This document shows, in pieces, positions 1 to 8,865 of a DNA stretch of 56,518 bases. The notes beneath the pieces were generated by a model, which saw only the letters and a list, made by a program, of their open reading frames with translations, had not been told where the DNA came from and searched no databases. The DNA lies in assembly GCA_025454155.1 (NCBI GenBank), contig JALOOZ010000012.1, forward strand, positions 1-56,518, read 5' to 3'. Each line of letters starts with the position of its first letter. Position 1 is the first letter of the stretch. The position numbers were made by a program, and so were the translations under genes. The stretch is from Thermodesulfobacteriota bacterium (GTDB lineage Bacteria; Desulfobacterota; Desulfomonilia; UBA1062).

Positions 1-950
1 CCGGCTATGCCCTCGCCGAGCTTGAGCTCCCTGACGGTCTGCATGACCTCGTCGGGTATGCCGTAGGAAAGGGCGCAACGCAGGGTATTTCTCTTTTCGT
101 CGACGAGATAGATCAGCCCCATCTCGATGTTCATGATCTGGAGCACCTGCTCCAGCGTGCTCTGCAGTACTTCCTCAAGCTCGATGGAGGACGAGAGGGT
201 CTTGGAGATGCTGTTGACCGCCGCCAGGTCCTGATTCTGGCGCAGCAGCCTCTTCTGGAGGAGCACCTTCTCCGTCACGTCACGGAGCATGGCGATGGAG
301 GTGCCGGGGCGGTCCTCGATGAAGTGGAAGTTGCCTTCCAGGATTTTCTGGCCGGCGCTGGTGTTCACGGTTATCTGGGAGAAGAATTTCTTCGCGGTCT
401 TCCTTCTCAGTGCAGCGAGATCCTCCTTGGCCTTTTCATCCACGAGTTCGAAGATGGCCTTGCCCAGGATTGCATCGGGGCTATTCTGCATGATGTCGAC
501 AAAGGCCGGATTCACGAAGGTGATGAAGCCGTGGTTCATGATGACGATGGCGTCGGGGGCGTCCTCGATGAGCTTGCGGTACCTTCCCTCGCGGGCCAGG
601 CTCCCGCTCAGGAAGTCTCCCATGAGCACATAGAGGGAATTCAGACGGTAACCGGTGATGTTGATGAAGCCCGAGACCTTCACCCTCGGGGAGCTCAGGG
701 TTTCCACAACAAGGGAGAACGGCTTGCTGGTGTCGATGAGCCGTTTGAGCTTCTTCTCGAGGCGATCGTCCACGAGGAAGGTATGGATGAGCTCATAGAG
801 AGACTTGCCGACGAAGGGCATGGCGGAAGGATCCAGGTTGGACTCCAGGAGCTTGTTGACGAAGATGACCGTGCCGCTCCTGTCGAAGGCGCACACCGCG
901 AAGGGGGCATTCTCAAAGACCGAGCGAACCTGTTCGAAATGGTCTTTCAT
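1..950 (-). CDS. PAS-PAS-GAF sensor protein, N-terminal portion (gene continues past the window start)
   Basis: Not in the ORF track because it is open at the window edge. Manual reverse translation from the ATG (plus-strand cat at 948-950) gives MKDHFEQVRSVFENAPFAVCAFDRSGTVIFVNK... and ...YRKLIEDAPDAIVIMNHGFITFVNPAFVDIMQ... (two PAS-like modules). It then gives ...LSSSIELEEVLQSTLEQVLQIMNIEMGLIYLVDE... (GAF-like). No in-frame stop was seen. The + ORFs 289-633 and 324-1097 are antisense shadows. Confidence 0.7.
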   Translation of the reverse strand, partial: MKDHFEQVRSVFENAPFAVCAFDRSGTVIFVNKLLESNLDPSAMPFVGKSLYELIHTFLVDDRLEKKLKRLIDTSKPFSLVVETLSSPRVKVSGFINITGYRLNSLYVLMGDFLSGSLAREGRYRKLIEDAPDAIVIMNHGFITFVNPAFVDIMQNSPDAILGKAIFELVDEKAKEDLAALRRKTAKKFFSQITVNTSAGQKILEGNFHFIEDRPGTSIAMLRDVTEKVLLQKRLLRQNQDLAAVNSISKTLSSSIELEEVLQSTLEQVLQIMNIEMGLIYLVDEKRNTLRCALSYGIPDEVMQTVRELKLGEGIA

Positions 951-954
951 GCCT

Positions 955-1572
955 TCAGCCGATGTCGATGGATTCGCCCGGATTCAGGATATGGACATCG
1001 CATGAACAGAGCCGGGAAAACTGCTCGGCATCCTTTCTGGATCCGACGATATCGCCGTAGTGGATCGGCACGACATGCCTGGCCCGGATCTCCTTGACGG
1101 CCTCGCCCGCCTCGCGGGCGTCCATGGTGTACGTCCCGCCGACAGGCATGAAGGCGGCATCAACCGAGATCCCTTTCATCTCGGGGATCCTGTCAGTGTC
1201 ACCCGGGTGGTAGATCTTCATGCAGTCAATGGTCACCACATATCCCAGCCATCCGTTCGCCCTGGGGTGGAAGGCCTTGTTCAGGTTGTAGGCAGGCACC
1301 GCCTCGATGAGGATGTTCCTGATGCTCAGCGATGTCTCCGGCTTCATGATGTCGGTCACGAGGGGGGTGGACATGGGCGCCACGACCCTGGTGGAGGCAT
1401 CCATGAGGGACTTGATGTCGGATTCCGAGTAGTGGTCGTAGTGGTCGTGGGTGAGCAGGACAATATCCGCAGGGCCCTTCTGGGTGATCTTCCAGGGATC
1501 GATGTACACCGTGGCGGATGAACCGTTTATCCTGACACTGGCATGGCCGAGCCACGTTAAGCGTACAGCCAT
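955..1572 (-). CDS. MBL-fold metallo-hydrolase
   Basis: ORF 955-1608 contains MAVRLTWLGHASVRING...VLLTHDHYDHY (HxHxDH-type motif). The start is placed at the internal ATG 1572, which gives the usual family N-terminus; 1608 is also possible. Confidence 0.8.
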   Translation of the reverse strand: MAVRLTWLGHASVRINGSSATVYIDPWKITQKGPADIVLLTHDHYDHYSESDIKSLMDASTRVVAPMSTPLVTDIMKPETSLSIRNILIEAVPAYNLNKAFHPRANGWLGYVVTIDCMKIYHPGDTDRIPEMKGISVDAAFMPVGGTYTMDAREAGEAVKEIRARHVVPIHYGDIVGSRKDAEQFSRLCSCDVHILNPGESIDIG

Positions 1573-1736
1573 AGGGCACCTCCAGGGGGGTGATGGATAC
1601 AGGGTCATGCTGCTGTCTATCTGAGGTCATAATACAAAAGCAAGGCAGGGGATTCAATGACAAAAGACAAAGAGCGGGCCTTACGATCGTGCGCCTGTTC
1701 AGGATGAAGTGAGGGATGTGCCGGGGTGTATGGTTT

Positions 1737-2132
1737 TCAGAACGCCCCGAGCTGGCAGGGGGAGACCTTGATACCCAGGGCATCGGCCGCGTTCCCTGCT
1801 TCGGCCCTCATGACGCCCGAGGCATGGGCGATCTCCCAGAGCCTCAGGCAGGGGATCTTTCCTCCCTGGGCGCCGGACTTGATGCTGTCGAGGACATCCT
1901 GGCCCACCTCGACTTTCCTGCCCACGATCTTGTAGGCGGACAGCCCTTTTCTTCCGTATCCGAAGAGGCCGAGCTGGCACTGGTCGAGCTTCACCCCGGC
2001 CTCAGTCGCGGCCTTTCCGACATCCAAGGGGTCAGCCTTCAGCTGGGCCGCGATGAAGTGGGCCACGGCACAGGGGAGAGTCCCCCTGCCGGGATAGACG
2101 GAGAGCAGTTCCTTGATCTTTTCAGAAGACAT
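1737..2132 (-). CDS. Hypothetical small protein with an internally duplicated PC...CQLG[LA]F module (4 Cys)
   Basis: 131-aa ORF lying 21 nt downstream of the acyl-CoA synthetase stop. Its two halves align: TLPCAVAHFIAAQL...GVKLDQCQLGLF and KIPCLRLWEIAHAS...GIKVSPCQLGAF. I recognise no family. Confidence 0.55.
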   Translation of the reverse strand: MSSEKIKELLSVYPGRGTLPCAVAHFIAAQLKADPLDVGKAATEAGVKLDQCQLGLFGYGRKGLSAYKIVGRKVEVGQDVLDSIKSGAQGGKIPCLRLWEIAHASGVMRAEAGNAADALGIKVSPCQLGAF

Positions 2133-2153
2133 GGTTCACCTCCACCAGGGTTG

Positions 2154-4280
2154 CTATACTACCACGAGCGCATCCGCCACGAAAGGCTTTCCCTCCCTCA
2201 CGATGATGGGATTCAGGTCGATCTCCCTGATCTGCGGGAAATGGATGGCGAGCCGACCCAGGGCCATGAGGATATCGCCCAGGGCTTCCCTGTCCACGCG
2301 ACGCATTCCCCTGTAGTCATCAAGGACGAGACGGGAGGCAATGCCGTCCATCATCTCGAGGGCGTCATGCCGCGTCAGGGGAGCCAGTCTCATGGAAATG
2401 TCATCGAGGGCCTCGGTGAACACGCCCCCCAGACCGAAGACCACGCAGGGAGGAAATCCCGGATGGCGCGTCATCCCCGCCATGAGCTCGCGGTCTCCCA
2501 CGAGCATCTCGGAAACCAGGAGCGGTGAATGCTGGTCCCTGGCGCGAATGGCTTGGTAGGCAGCCGCCAGCTCGTCCTGATCCTTCAGGTTCAGGTGAAC
2601 GAGGCCGAGCTCGGTCTTGTGTGCAATGGCCGGCGAGCAGACCTTGAGAACCACGGGAAAGCCGATCTCGCTGGCCTTGAGCCTGGTCTCTTCGAGGGTC
2701 CCGGCAAGGGCTTCGCGGGTTGAGGGTACGCCGTAAACCCTGAGGAGCTCTTTTGCGCCGAACTCGTCGATCCCGTCAAGGCGGGCCTTCTCGAGGATGC
2801 GCACTGCAGCCTCGAGGGGTTTGCCGTTATGCCTTGTTTCGACATGGCTCCGCTGCCTGATTCGCAGGTGACCGAGGAATGCACCCATCGCCCTGGCAGC
2901 CTTCTCCGGGGCATCGAAGGTGGGGATGTGGTTCTCATGGAAGGTCCGGATGCAGTGGTCTTCCTTGCCGAAGAAGGAAGAGATCAGCAGCGGCTTTCCA
3001 TAGTGATCCGGCATGGCAGGGAGCTTGTCAAGGCCGATGGTCATCATCTTGATGAAATCCTCCCTGGTTATGGATGCAACGCTGCTGATCAGCGGGTACA
3101 GCAGCTCCATGAATCCCGTATCCATGATGCCGTGGATGATGATGCCGTCCACTTCATCACAGGAGAAGAGCACCTTCGGTATCTCCTCGGTGAGGGCCTT
3201 CATGTCCACGTGGAAGGTCAGATCGATGGGATTGCGGGGGCTTGCGTGCCCGGGTAGAAACACGCTGACCTGCCTCTGCATCTCCATTGAAAACTCGGGG
3301 ACCTCCAGGCCGACCTTGTTGCAGGTGCTGGCGATGGCAGTCCCGGGTCCTCCCGAGTTGGTGAGTACGGCTATCCGCCTGCCCTTCAGCGGCGGCTGGG
3401 TGGCCAGTGCCCACCCGACCTTGTAGACTTCCTCGATGCTCTCCACGGGGATGATGCCCGCCTGTTCGAAGAGCGCCTCATAGAGGTGGGACGGACCTGC
3501 CATGGCCCCCGTATGGCTGGAGCTGGAGCGCGCCCCCGCCTCGGTACCTCCCACATACTGCGCCACGATGGGTTTGATGCGGCTCACCCGCGAGGCCACG
3601 TCGAGAAACCTTGACGCATCTCTGATCCCCTCGATGTAGAGGCCTATGGCCCGGGTATGATCGTCGGCACCCAGGTATTCGATGCAGTCGATGAGGTTGA
3701 TGTCCGCCTCGTTTCCCACACTGATGGCCTTGCTCAGGACGATGCCGTTCTTGTGGAGATAGGTGACCACCTGTGCGACGTAGGTGCCGCTCTGAGATGC
3801 AAGCCCGAGCTTTCCTCTGTGGTCTTGAATGGGTGCGACGGTTATGTTCAGGGGAAGGTGGGTGTTCACGATCCCCAGGCAGTTGGGACCGAGAAACCGT
3901 ATGCCGTGGTGCCGGGCGCGATCGATCAGGGCTTTCTCCATGAGCCCCCCCTGTACGCCGGTCTCCCGGAATCCGGCAGTGATGATGACCATGCGTCTTG
4001 TGCCCAGCTTTCCGAACTCCTCCACCATGTCGAGCACCAGAGGCGTGGGAACGACAAGCACCGCCAGGTCCGGGGCATAGGGGAGATCGGCGATGGCCCC
4101 ATATGCCTTTTTCCCGAGCACGGTGGATTCCCTCGGATGGACGGGAAGGATCTCGCCGGTGTAGCCGCACGTGGAGAGGTTCAGGCACTGGAGGGTGCCC
4201 ATGGTGGTGAAGTTGTTGCTGGCGCCGACAAAGGCGATCGAAGATGGATTCATGAGTGCCGTAATAGGATTTTCTGCCAT
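2154..4280 (-). CDS. Acetate/acyl--CoA ligase, ADP(NDP)-forming, fused alpha/beta subunits
   Basis: ORF 2154-4310. It has an N-terminal CoA-binding domain (IAFVGASNNFTTMG), a succinyl-CoA-synthetase-like ligase domain and a C-terminal ATP-grasp (EFGAKELLRVYGVP...GFPVVLKV). ATG 4280 (MAENP) is preceded by gggaga; the GTG at 4310 is an alternative start. Confidence 0.85.
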   Translation of the reverse strand: MAENPITALMNPSSIAFVGASNNFTTMGTLQCLNLSTCGYTGEILPVHPRESTVLGKKAYGAIADLPYAPDLAVLVVPTPLVLDMVEEFGKLGTRRMVIITAGFRETGVQGGLMEKALIDRARHHGIRFLGPNCLGIVNTHLPLNITVAPIQDHRGKLGLASQSGTYVAQVVTYLHKNGIVLSKAISVGNEADINLIDCIEYLGADDHTRAIGLYIEGIRDASRFLDVASRVSRIKPIVAQYVGGTEAGARSSSSHTGAMAGPSHLYEALFEQAGIIPVESIEEVYKVGWALATQPPLKGRRIAVLTNSGGPGTAIASTCNKVGLEVPEFSMEMQRQVSVFLPGHASPRNPIDLTFHVDMKALTEEIPKVLFSCDEVDGIIIHGIMDTGFMELLYPLISSVASITREDFIKMMTIGLDKLPAMPDHYGKPLLISSFFGKEDHCIRTFHENHIPTFDAPEKAARAMGAFLGHLRIRQRSHVETRHNGKPLEAAVRILEKARLDGIDEFGAKELLRVYGVPSTREALAGTLEETRLKASEIGFPVVLKVCSPAIAHKTELGLVHLNLKDQDELAAAYQAIRARDQHSPLLVSEMLVGDRELMAGMTRHPGFPPCVVFGLGGVFTEALDDISMRLAPLTRHDALEMMDGIASRLVLDDYRGMRRVDREALGDILMALGRLAIHFPQIREIDLNPIIVREGKPFVADALVVV

Positions 4281-4537
4281 TTCATCTCCCATTCCACTGA
4301 ACAGATTCACTCAGGTCAGATGGCTTCGCATAAACGTCCTGTGAATACCATACATTTGTTCTGAAAATCCAGGTAACTTCTTCAGTCTGTGCACGATGTC
4401 ATGGAGCTGTCCTGTGACAGGAGGCCATCGAAATAAAATAACGAATAAAAATAGAAAGATGGACCTTTAGAGATGGTGGATCATGCCGATGGGTAGAGTA
4501 GCAGGCAACACTACAAGATGAGGACATCCTTTCCACC

Positions 4538-5233
4538 ATGATCAGAATACCAGACACGATAGGAGACCATCCCCGGGCCATGAAAGGTATCGGCGTTACG
4601 CTCCTCTGTCTTGCCGGGTTCATAGTCGTTTTCGCAGTATTCCACTACCTGGACCCCTACCCCCTCAAGGACTGGATATACCTCCGCATAGCCCTCCACA
4701 AGATCGGTGTCTCAGGGCTGCTTATCTTCATCCTCTGCGTAGCCACCGTGCCCCTTGCCGCTCCGTTGAGCCTGCTCATCATGGCCGGTTCATCGGCATA
4801 CGGGGCTCCCCTGGGCATTGTCCTGTCATATGTGGGATGTCTTCTCAATGCCAACCTCACCTTCTTCCTGGTGAAGAACCTCGGCATCGAGCATTCCTGG
4901 GGCCATGGCACCAGAACGAGCAGGCTGAAGAGTTCCATACAGGGCAATGGTTATCTGCTGGTGCTCATCCTGCAGCTGCTCACCTTCATCCCGTTCACGC
5001 TCATCAATTCCGCAGCTGCCGCATCGGGCGTGTGCTGGAAGGATTTCATGAAGGCAACCCTGTTCGGCATCATCCCGAGCATTGCCATCTTTTCCCTGAT
5101 CGGCGAGGTGTTTGCATCGACGGTCTTCTCACCCCGGTTCTATTTCGCACTGGTCAGCTCAGTGGTATTCGTGATCACCCTGGCTGCACTCCTGAAGAAG
5201 AACGCCCGCGTGAGAAGCAAGGCACTCTCGTAG
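4538..5233 (+). CDS. TVP38/TMEM64 (DedA-superfamily, VTT domain) membrane protein
   Basis: 231 aa with multiple hydrophobic spans and the family-typical core ...APLSLLIMAGSSAYGAPLGIVLSYVGCLLNANLTFFLVKNLG... Confidence 0.7.
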   Translation: MIRIPDTIGDHPRAMKGIGVTLLCLAGFIVVFAVFHYLDPYPLKDWIYLRIALHKIGVSGLLIFILCVATVPLAAPLSLLIMAGSSAYGAPLGIVLSYVGCLLNANLTFFLVKNLGIEHSWGHGTRTSRLKSSIQGNGYLLVLILQLLTFIPFTLINSAAAASGVCWKDFMKATLFGIIPSIAIFSLIGEVFASTVFSPRFYFALVSSVVFVITLAALLKKNARVRSKALS

Positions 5234-5854
5234 GCGCACGAGAAAGAGCGCCGGGGAAAAATCAGGATACATTTCGAGGATGCCTCTGCATTCGGGCATA
5301 TCATGGTCACCGAACACACGTTCGGCCAGCACCCTGTCCACGCGCAACGGAATCACGCCCTGCGCAAGCATGAAACCGCCCTTCCTTGCAAGGGCAAGAC
5401 CCAAGATCTTGCTGCCGTCCGCAAGCAGCTCCGCAGGCGAGGGCCTGGCGAAACAGACCGGGGAGAACAGGTGCCTCCCGCCATTCATCCCTGCCTCGAC
5501 ACCGCACAGACCGAGGGCTGATGCAAAAATGCGGGAAATGCAGCCCGAGCATTCAGGAATTCCCGGGGGGAAGGCGGTGCCCAGCGGGGTGCAGATGCTG
5601 AAGGTGATGTCGTTCCCATGCAGGACCGCACCTCCTCCCGTGGGTCTGTGCAGGACAGGCAGAACGAGCTCCCTGTCGTGAAAGGCAAAGGATTTCTGGT
5701 GACAACCCGTGGTTACTGCAGGTTCGGTCCAGTTGTAGACGCGCAGGCTGCCTTCTATCGCGCCGGCCCTCACCGCCTCGAAGAGGTCGAGGTCGGTCTC
5801 CATGGTGAGTTCGGGAGGGCAGTTCCCTTCATGAAGGAACAGCCATGGGGTCAT
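5159..5854 (-). CDS. Biotin/lipoate A/B protein ligase family protein (LplA/LipB-like catalytic domain)
   Basis: 231 aa with ...LHRPTGGGAVLHGNDITFSI... and ...GSKILGLALARKGG... (the RxxGGGAVxH and Lys motifs of the BPL_LplA_LipB fold). Its ATG overlaps the accB stop (ATGA at 5851-5854). Confidence 0.7.
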   Translation of the reverse strand: MTPWLFLHEGNCPPELTMETDLDLFEAVRAGAIEGSLRVYNWTEPAVTTGCHQKSFAFHDRELVLPVLHRPTGGGAVLHGNDITFSICTPLGTAFPPGIPECSGCISRIFASALGLCGVEAGMNGGRHLFSPVCFARPSPAELLADGSKILGLALARKGGFMLAQGVIPLRVDRVLAERVFGDHDMPECRGILEMYPDFSPALFLVRLRECLASHAGVLLQECSQGDHEYH

Positions 5855-6264
5855 AGCTCCTCGACGATGAAGAGCTGGTCGCCGTACCCCACCCGCTCCC
5901 CGTCCTGCTTGAGGATCGCCGCCACGATGCCGTCCACATGGGACTCGATCTCATTCATGAGCTTCATGGCCTCGATCACGCACAGGACCTGATTCTTGGC
6001 TACCCTGTCTCCCACCTTGACATAGGGGGGAGTCTCGGGAGAGGGTGACCGATAGAAGGTTCCCACCAGGGGCGATGTCACGGTGACCGTGTGCTTCTCT
6101 TTCAAGCTCACGCTGGTGCGGTCGTTGTCGTGGGGCCGGGAGTAAGGTGGTTCATAGGGCCCGGATCTCCTGATGATATGGATCCTCTCGGGGGTCCACT
6201 CAAGCTCCACCACATCCGTATCCTTGATCAGCTCGATGAGATCTTTGACGACCTTGATATTCAT
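5851..6264 (-). CDS. accB: Biotin carboxyl carrier protein (acetyl-CoA carboxylase BCCP)
   Basis: 137 aa with a C-terminal biotinyl domain, including the EAMKLMNEIES biotinylation motif. It starts immediately after the efp stop (TGAATG). Confidence 0.85.
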   Translation of the reverse strand: MNIKVVKDLIELIKDTDVVELEWTPERIHIIRRSGPYEPPYSRPHDNDRTSVSLKEKHTVTVTSPLVGTFYRSPSPETPPYVKVGDRVAKNQVLCVIEAMKLMNEIESHVDGIVAAILKQDGERVGYGDQLFIVEEL

Positions 6265-6828
6265 TCAGCTCACTCGTTCGATATAGTCACCGGTCCTGGT
6301 GTCCACCTTGACCACCTCGCCGATGCTGATGAACAGGGGTACCTGGATGGTGACTCCGGTCTCCAGCTTGGCCGGCTTCGATCCACCCGATGCCGTGTTT
6401 CCCTTCAGACCGGGGTCGGTCTCCACGACCTTGAGTTCCATGAACATGGGGAGCTCGACGCCGATAGGGACACCGTTGTGGAGGAGCACCTCAACCTCGA
6501 CGTTCTCCTTGAGGTAACCCATCGCATCACCCATGTGGTCTTCGGTGAGGGTCATCTGGTCGTAGGTCTGGGTGTCCATGAAGCAATACCCGGCCTCGTC
6601 CTGGTAGAGGTAGGACATTCTCTTCTCTTCGAGGTCGGGGACGTCCACCTTTTCACCGGACCGGAAGGTCACGTCAAGGACCTTCCCTCTGATCAGGCTC
6701 TTGATCTTCGTCCTGACGAACGCACCGCCTTTGCCCGGCTTCACATGCTGAAAATCCACGATGGTATACGGCTCGCCGTCTATCTCGATCTTCAGGTTCT
6801 TCCTGAACTGTGCTGTTGAATACTGCAT
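6265..6828 (-). CDS. efp: Elongation factor P
   Basis: 187 aa: MQYSTAQFRKNLKIEIDGEPYTIVDFQHVKPGKGGAFVRTKIKSL... This is the canonical EF-P sequence, including the KPGKG loop. Confidence 0.95.
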   Translation of the reverse strand: MQYSTAQFRKNLKIEIDGEPYTIVDFQHVKPGKGGAFVRTKIKSLIRGKVLDVTFRSGEKVDVPDLEEKRMSYLYQDEAGYCFMDTQTYDQMTLTEDHMGDAMGYLKENVEVEVLLHNGVPIGVELPMFMELKVVETDPGLKGNTASGGSKPAKLETGVTIQVPLFISIGEVVKVDTRTGDYIERVS

Positions 6829-6834
6829 CCGGCT

Positions 6835-7902
6835 TCACCTCTGGCTGAGAATTCTGATGTTTTCCTTATCAAGATTTGTGAGACGCTTGCAAGAATTATC
6901 TGTCACCACCACCATGTCTTCCAGCCGTACGCCGTACAGTCCCGGGATGTAGACCCCGGGCTCGATGGTCATGACCATGCCTTCTTCCAGGATGTCTTCC
7001 GACAGGGGCGATACCGAAGGGGCCTCGTGGATCTCCATGCCCACACCGTGCCCGAGGCCATGGCCGAAGTAGGCGCCGAGGTCCGCAGAGGCCAGATATT
7101 CCCTGGCGACCCTGTCCACGTCCGATGCCCTCATCCCGGGTGCCACCGAGCCGATGGCCCTGGATTGGGCTTCATGAACCTTCCGGTAAGTCTCTGTAAA
7201 CCCGTTTTGCGGATTGCCGGTCAGCACCGTGATGGTCTGATCGGAGCAGTATCCTTTGTAAATGCAACCGAAATCGATGATCACCACCTCATCCCTGCCG
7301 ATCGTGCGCTCCGATGCCGCACCGTGGGGCATGGCGGACCTCTGCCCCGAGGCAACGAGCAGCTCGAAGGAGGCTGCGCTGGCACCCCTGGTTCTCATCT
7401 CCCATTCAAGGTCAAAGGCGACATCGATTTCCCTGCGGCCAGCAAGCCCTCTTCCCAGCACCGTCTCGAGCGCCTCTTCTGATATGCGGGCAGCCTCCCC
7501 CATGGAAGACATCTCCGATTCATCCTTGACGGTGCGGAGGTTCTTGAGCTGGGTGCCCAGGGGGGTCATCTCAATGTCCCGGTAGAGGTCCTTCATCCTG
7601 ATGAAGCTGTCGACATCGAGGATGTTCGATTCCAGCCCCAGTGTCCTGACCCCTTCCTCCTGGAGCGCGGCGTAGATCTCCTCCCAGCGCTTCCTGATTT
7701 CGCGCACCTCCCCCATGGTCTCACTGCGAGCCTGGAGGGTGTTCCGCGAGTCCACGAAGAGGAGGCTCTTTCCCTCGGTGAACAGGTACACCGCATCCGA
7801 GCCGGTGTATCCGGTCAGATAGGTAATGCTCTGTCGGGAAAGCAGGAGGATGGCGTCCAGCCCCTTGAGAAAGGAGCGGGCCCTGCTAAGCCTTCTTTCC
7901 AT
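6835..7902 (-). CDS. pepP: Xaa-Pro aminopeptidase (M24 family)
   Basis: ORF 6835-7929. It has a creatinase-like N-domain plus the M24 core (...DFGCIYKGYCSDQTIT..., ...HGLGHGVGMEIHE..., ...TIEPGVY...LEDMVV). The ATG at 7902 is preferred over the TTG at 7929. Confidence 0.85.
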   Translation of the reverse strand: MERRLSRARSFLKGLDAILLLSRQSITYLTGYTGSDAVYLFTEGKSLLFVDSRNTLQARSETMGEVREIRKRWEEIYAALQEEGVRTLGLESNILDVDSFIRMKDLYRDIEMTPLGTQLKNLRTVKDESEMSSMGEAARISEEALETVLGRGLAGRREIDVAFDLEWEMRTRGASAASFELLVASGQRSAMPHGAASERTIGRDEVVIIDFGCIYKGYCSDQTITVLTGNPQNGFTETYRKVHEAQSRAIGSVAPGMRASDVDRVAREYLASADLGAYFGHGLGHGVGMEIHEAPSVSPLSEDILEEGMVMTIEPGVYIPGLYGVRLEDMVVVTDNSCKRLTNLDKENIRILSQR

Positions 7903-8329
7903 AAAGCCCCCAGACGGCCTCCAGGGCAAGAATATAGCCCAGCGGGCCGAACCCGGAGATGGACCCGGCAGCGATATCGGAAAAGAGGTTGATCTGTCTG
8001 AACGGCTCCCGGGCGGAGACCTTGCTCAGGTGCACCTCGATGAAGGGAAGCTCCACCGCGATAAGGGCATCACGCAGGGCAACCGAGGTGTGGGTATAGC
8101 CCCCGGGATTGATGACGAAGGCACGAAAGCCCTGGGCCGGGGCCTTCTGGATCCTTTCGATGAGTTCACCCTCGATGTTGGACTGGTAGAAGTCCACCTC
8201 GACCCCGATGCTCAAGGCCTTCCGCCTGAGGGAGGATTCGATCTCCTCCAGGGTCGTGGCCCCGTAGATGGCCGGCTCCCTGTTCCCGAGCATGTTCAGA
8301 TTGGGCCCGTTGATCACGAGTATCTTCAT
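7886..8329 (-). CDS. aroQ: Type II 3-dehydroquinate dehydratase
   Basis: 147 aa: MKILVINGPNLNMLGNREPAIYG...INPGGYTHTSVALRDA... It has an ATGA overlap with the upstream TPR gene. Confidence 0.95.
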   Translation of the reverse strand: MKILVINGPNLNMLGNREPAIYGATTLEEIESSLRRKALSIGVEVDFYQSNIEGELIERIQKAPAQGFRAFVINPGGYTHTSVALRDALIAVELPFIEVHLSKVSAREPFRQINLFSDIAAGSISGFGPLGYILALEAVWGLYGKKA

Positions 8330-8865
8330 TTTTTCAGCCTCACAAGCCAGCTTTCCAGGGTCTTCATGAGGTAGTGGTTCTGGACGTTCATGGCATCCCG
8401 GCGGGCTGCCTCGTCAAGGACTCCCAGGTGGTCTACCTGGGTATAGATGTCGAGGGCCTGTTCGAAGTGGCCCTGCTGCGCGTAGACCCTGGCCAGGTCC
8501 ACGGAGGGTTCCTTCATGAGCTCTTCGCGGACCGCCTTCCGTGCCTCCAGGAGGTCCTTTGCCTCGTCGTCATCGGGGTAGAAGGCGAGGTACTTCTCGA
8601 GACAGGCCATGGCGAGGTCATCGTCCCCGTGCTGGCGGTGGATGAGGGCGAGGTAAAACATCGACTTGACGAGGCTATGGGCCTGATCCGAAACCTTTCC
8701 CAGCACCTCGAGGGCCTCGCCGTTCCTTCCGAGCTTGTACAGGGAGATCCCCGAGAGAAGCTTGTCTTCAGGGTTCTTGCGGGTCTTGGCCGCCCGGACG
8801 ACGTCCAGGAGCCTGCCTTCATCGAAGGCAACCCTCACTTTCTCTGATGAACCGGCCATACGCAC
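8326..8865 (-). CDS. TPR-repeat protein, function unknown
   Basis: 179 aa, helical, with TPR-like repeats (LYKLGRNGEALEVLGKV, YLALIHRQHGDDDLAMACLEKYLAFYPDD, ARVYAQQGHFEQALDIYTQV). The start is uncertain because the ORF overlaps the aroK-aroB 3' end by up to 47 nt. Confidence 0.55.
   Translation of the reverse strand: MRMAGSSEKVRVAFDEGRLLDVVRAAKTRKNPEDKLLSGISLYKLGRNGEALEVLGKVSDQAHSLVKSMFYLALIHRQHGDDDLAMACLEKYLAFYPDDDEAKDLLEARKAVREELMKEPSVDLARVYAQQGHFEQALDIYTQVDHLGVLDEAARRDAMNVQNHYLMKTLESWLVRLKK

Noticed and set aside
5159-5233. A 75-nt convergent overlap of the TVP38 gene and the ligase-family gene, as a possible sign of a mis-called gene or antisense regulation.
   Set aside because: Both ORFs have family-typical sequence up to near their ends, and the overlapping tails are non-conserved-looking. 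This is most likely an ordinary 3'-3' overlap or slight ORF over-extension, and it cannot be resolved without homologue alignment.
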